Positions 7,722-9,284 of a DNA stretch of 9,284 nucleotides are shown piece after piece. Under the pieces are notes generated by a model. It was not told the origin of the DNA. It saw only the letters and a list, made by a program, of their open reading frames with translations, and searched no databases. The stretch comes from Azolla caroliniana (Eukaryota; Plantae; Polypodiophyta): positions 1 through 9,284 of the forward strand of contig JBHGNT010001375.1 in assembly GCA_043228905.1 (NCBI GenBank). Direction: 5' to 3'. Position 1 is the stretch's first letter. Each line of letters starts with the position of its first letter. The position numbers were made by a program, and so were the translations under genes.

Positions 7722-9284
7722 TGAGAGCTGATTTGAGCTGGATCAGCATACATCATGCAACAAAAGAAGTCTCATTATGAATTGCTGAAGTACAAAGTTA
7801 TTATATCCTATGCAGCAACCTCTTCAATAATTCATGAAGATTTTGTTGTTTATTATTGCTGATCCAAATTCTCTCGCATACCATAGGTGCATACTCTAGA
7901 GAGCTTTTCATCTTGACTTTGGCAGTTTTGTATCTGCAACTGTTACCAAGCAATCAAAGTTTTTGTTCGTTGTGCATCTCTCTATTTTATCTTGCTTCCG
8001 TTGTGAATGGAATTTTTTGGCAATATATCCATATGTCTTGAGATATTGGATCTGAACTTGCCTAGGATTTTGATGATCCGTATCCCCTTGGGTTGTAGGT
8101 CTGAACTTGCCCAGTTGAAAGCCCCTTAACTATTCAACCATGCATACCCATTTGAGCTGAGGTTTGTGAACTGTATGAGGGTTCATGCAGTAGGATATGT
8201 CATAGATAAATAGAATAATAAAGTGGCTCTATCCTTAGATCTTCTAGTTGCCTATTATGTTTTACCTATATCGATGATGATTAGGCTTTGTTTTTGTGGA
8301 GAAATGAACTATCTTATCAGGATTAGTCAGCTATTGAAATAATTTGGTTTCGAATGAGTATTATCTTGAATAACATTTACTGATAGCCCAAATTTATGCC
8401 ATAGCAGCAAATATTTACCTAGCCGTTTTCCACTAATTGGAATTTGGGGAATTTGGGTTAAATGAAGTAAAATATTCTTCATTCATGTTTAAATATGTTA
8501 TTTGTGTCTCTATCAGATTTGTCACCAAACTTAAAATAACTCTCTTATTGCATAAATTTGAGCTTGTAAAACTGATAAAGATGATGTGTACACTGTATAT
8601 ACATTAATAACATGTTTTTATACTCGATGTGCATTCAATGTTGTTTATGTTCATGTCTGTGTTCTCCTTTGGTTTTAAAGAAAGAGCCATTGATGAAATT
8701 TCCTCTTCATAATTATTTATAAAACTGTTGGTACATGGGTCTTTCTTGGCCGTAATCTTAGACTCAGGCTCAGGCTTGAAGCTTTAGTGGTCGAGATCCT
8801 CTCATTTTCTCATCCTTTCAATGTTGATTAGAGTAGTGAATTTGGAAGTTTGTCACAACTTGTAGCCACAATTGTCTTGTTTGTCTTGTTTGAACATGAT
8901 ATTCATGTACTCATTGTCAAGGTCATCCTCAACCTCCCTTTGACCTTCTAGGAGTGGTTTGACAAATTTACCCTCTTGATGTTCCCATCCTTAAAACCCC
9001 ACTTCAAAATAACACAAAGAATATAACAAAACAAAACAAAGGAGCCAAAAGGAAGAGTCCACAAAGTAACAAACTATATATATGTGTATGTATGCATGAA
9101 ATTTATTGAGACATTTGTAATCTAGCATGCCTCATCTCTAATACGTGGCATGCAAAAGAAACATTTGTTTTCGACACGTGTGTGGCTCAGATAGACAAAT
9201 TGTGCCTTCAAGTTTCGCCGACAATAAAAGAATCGAGGCCATCGAATGATATGCACCATGTTCTAAGTTTAGTGTCACATGGTT

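Noticed and set aside
8051-8111. 12-bp direct repeat tctgaacttgcc (8051-8062, 8100-8111)
   Set aside because: It is too short and encloses no TIRs or other structure. At most it is a small local duplication.

Overview
This is AT-rich eukaryotic, land-plant-type genomic DNA, not prokaryotic. The main feature is one complete, intact 7-exon 14-3-3 gene (GF14/GRF, epsilon-group intron pattern) on the + strand: join(4723..4795,5617..5923,6018..6105,6868..6977,7089..7237,7580..7623,7719..7721). It encodes 257 aa and all six introns are GT-AG. Upstream lies a decayed, 5'-truncated non-LTR retrotransposon (LINE ORF2 3' half with a zf-RVT/CCHC remnant, ~2371-3971) bracketed on both sides by TACA-type microsatellite. 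The large downstream TACA tract (~4026-4509) contains a higher-order repeat and ends about 210 bp before the ATG. Intron 1 holds a perfect 57-bp inverted repeat with a 16-nt loop. Intron 5 holds a duplicated 3' splice region. The protein keeps its phosphopeptide-binding residues but has substitutions at normally conserved dimer-interface and core positions. Positions 1-2330 and 7800-9284 could not be assigned. Most listed ORFs are artefacts of repeats or random frames. All homology statements come from motif recognition by eye; no database searches were run.
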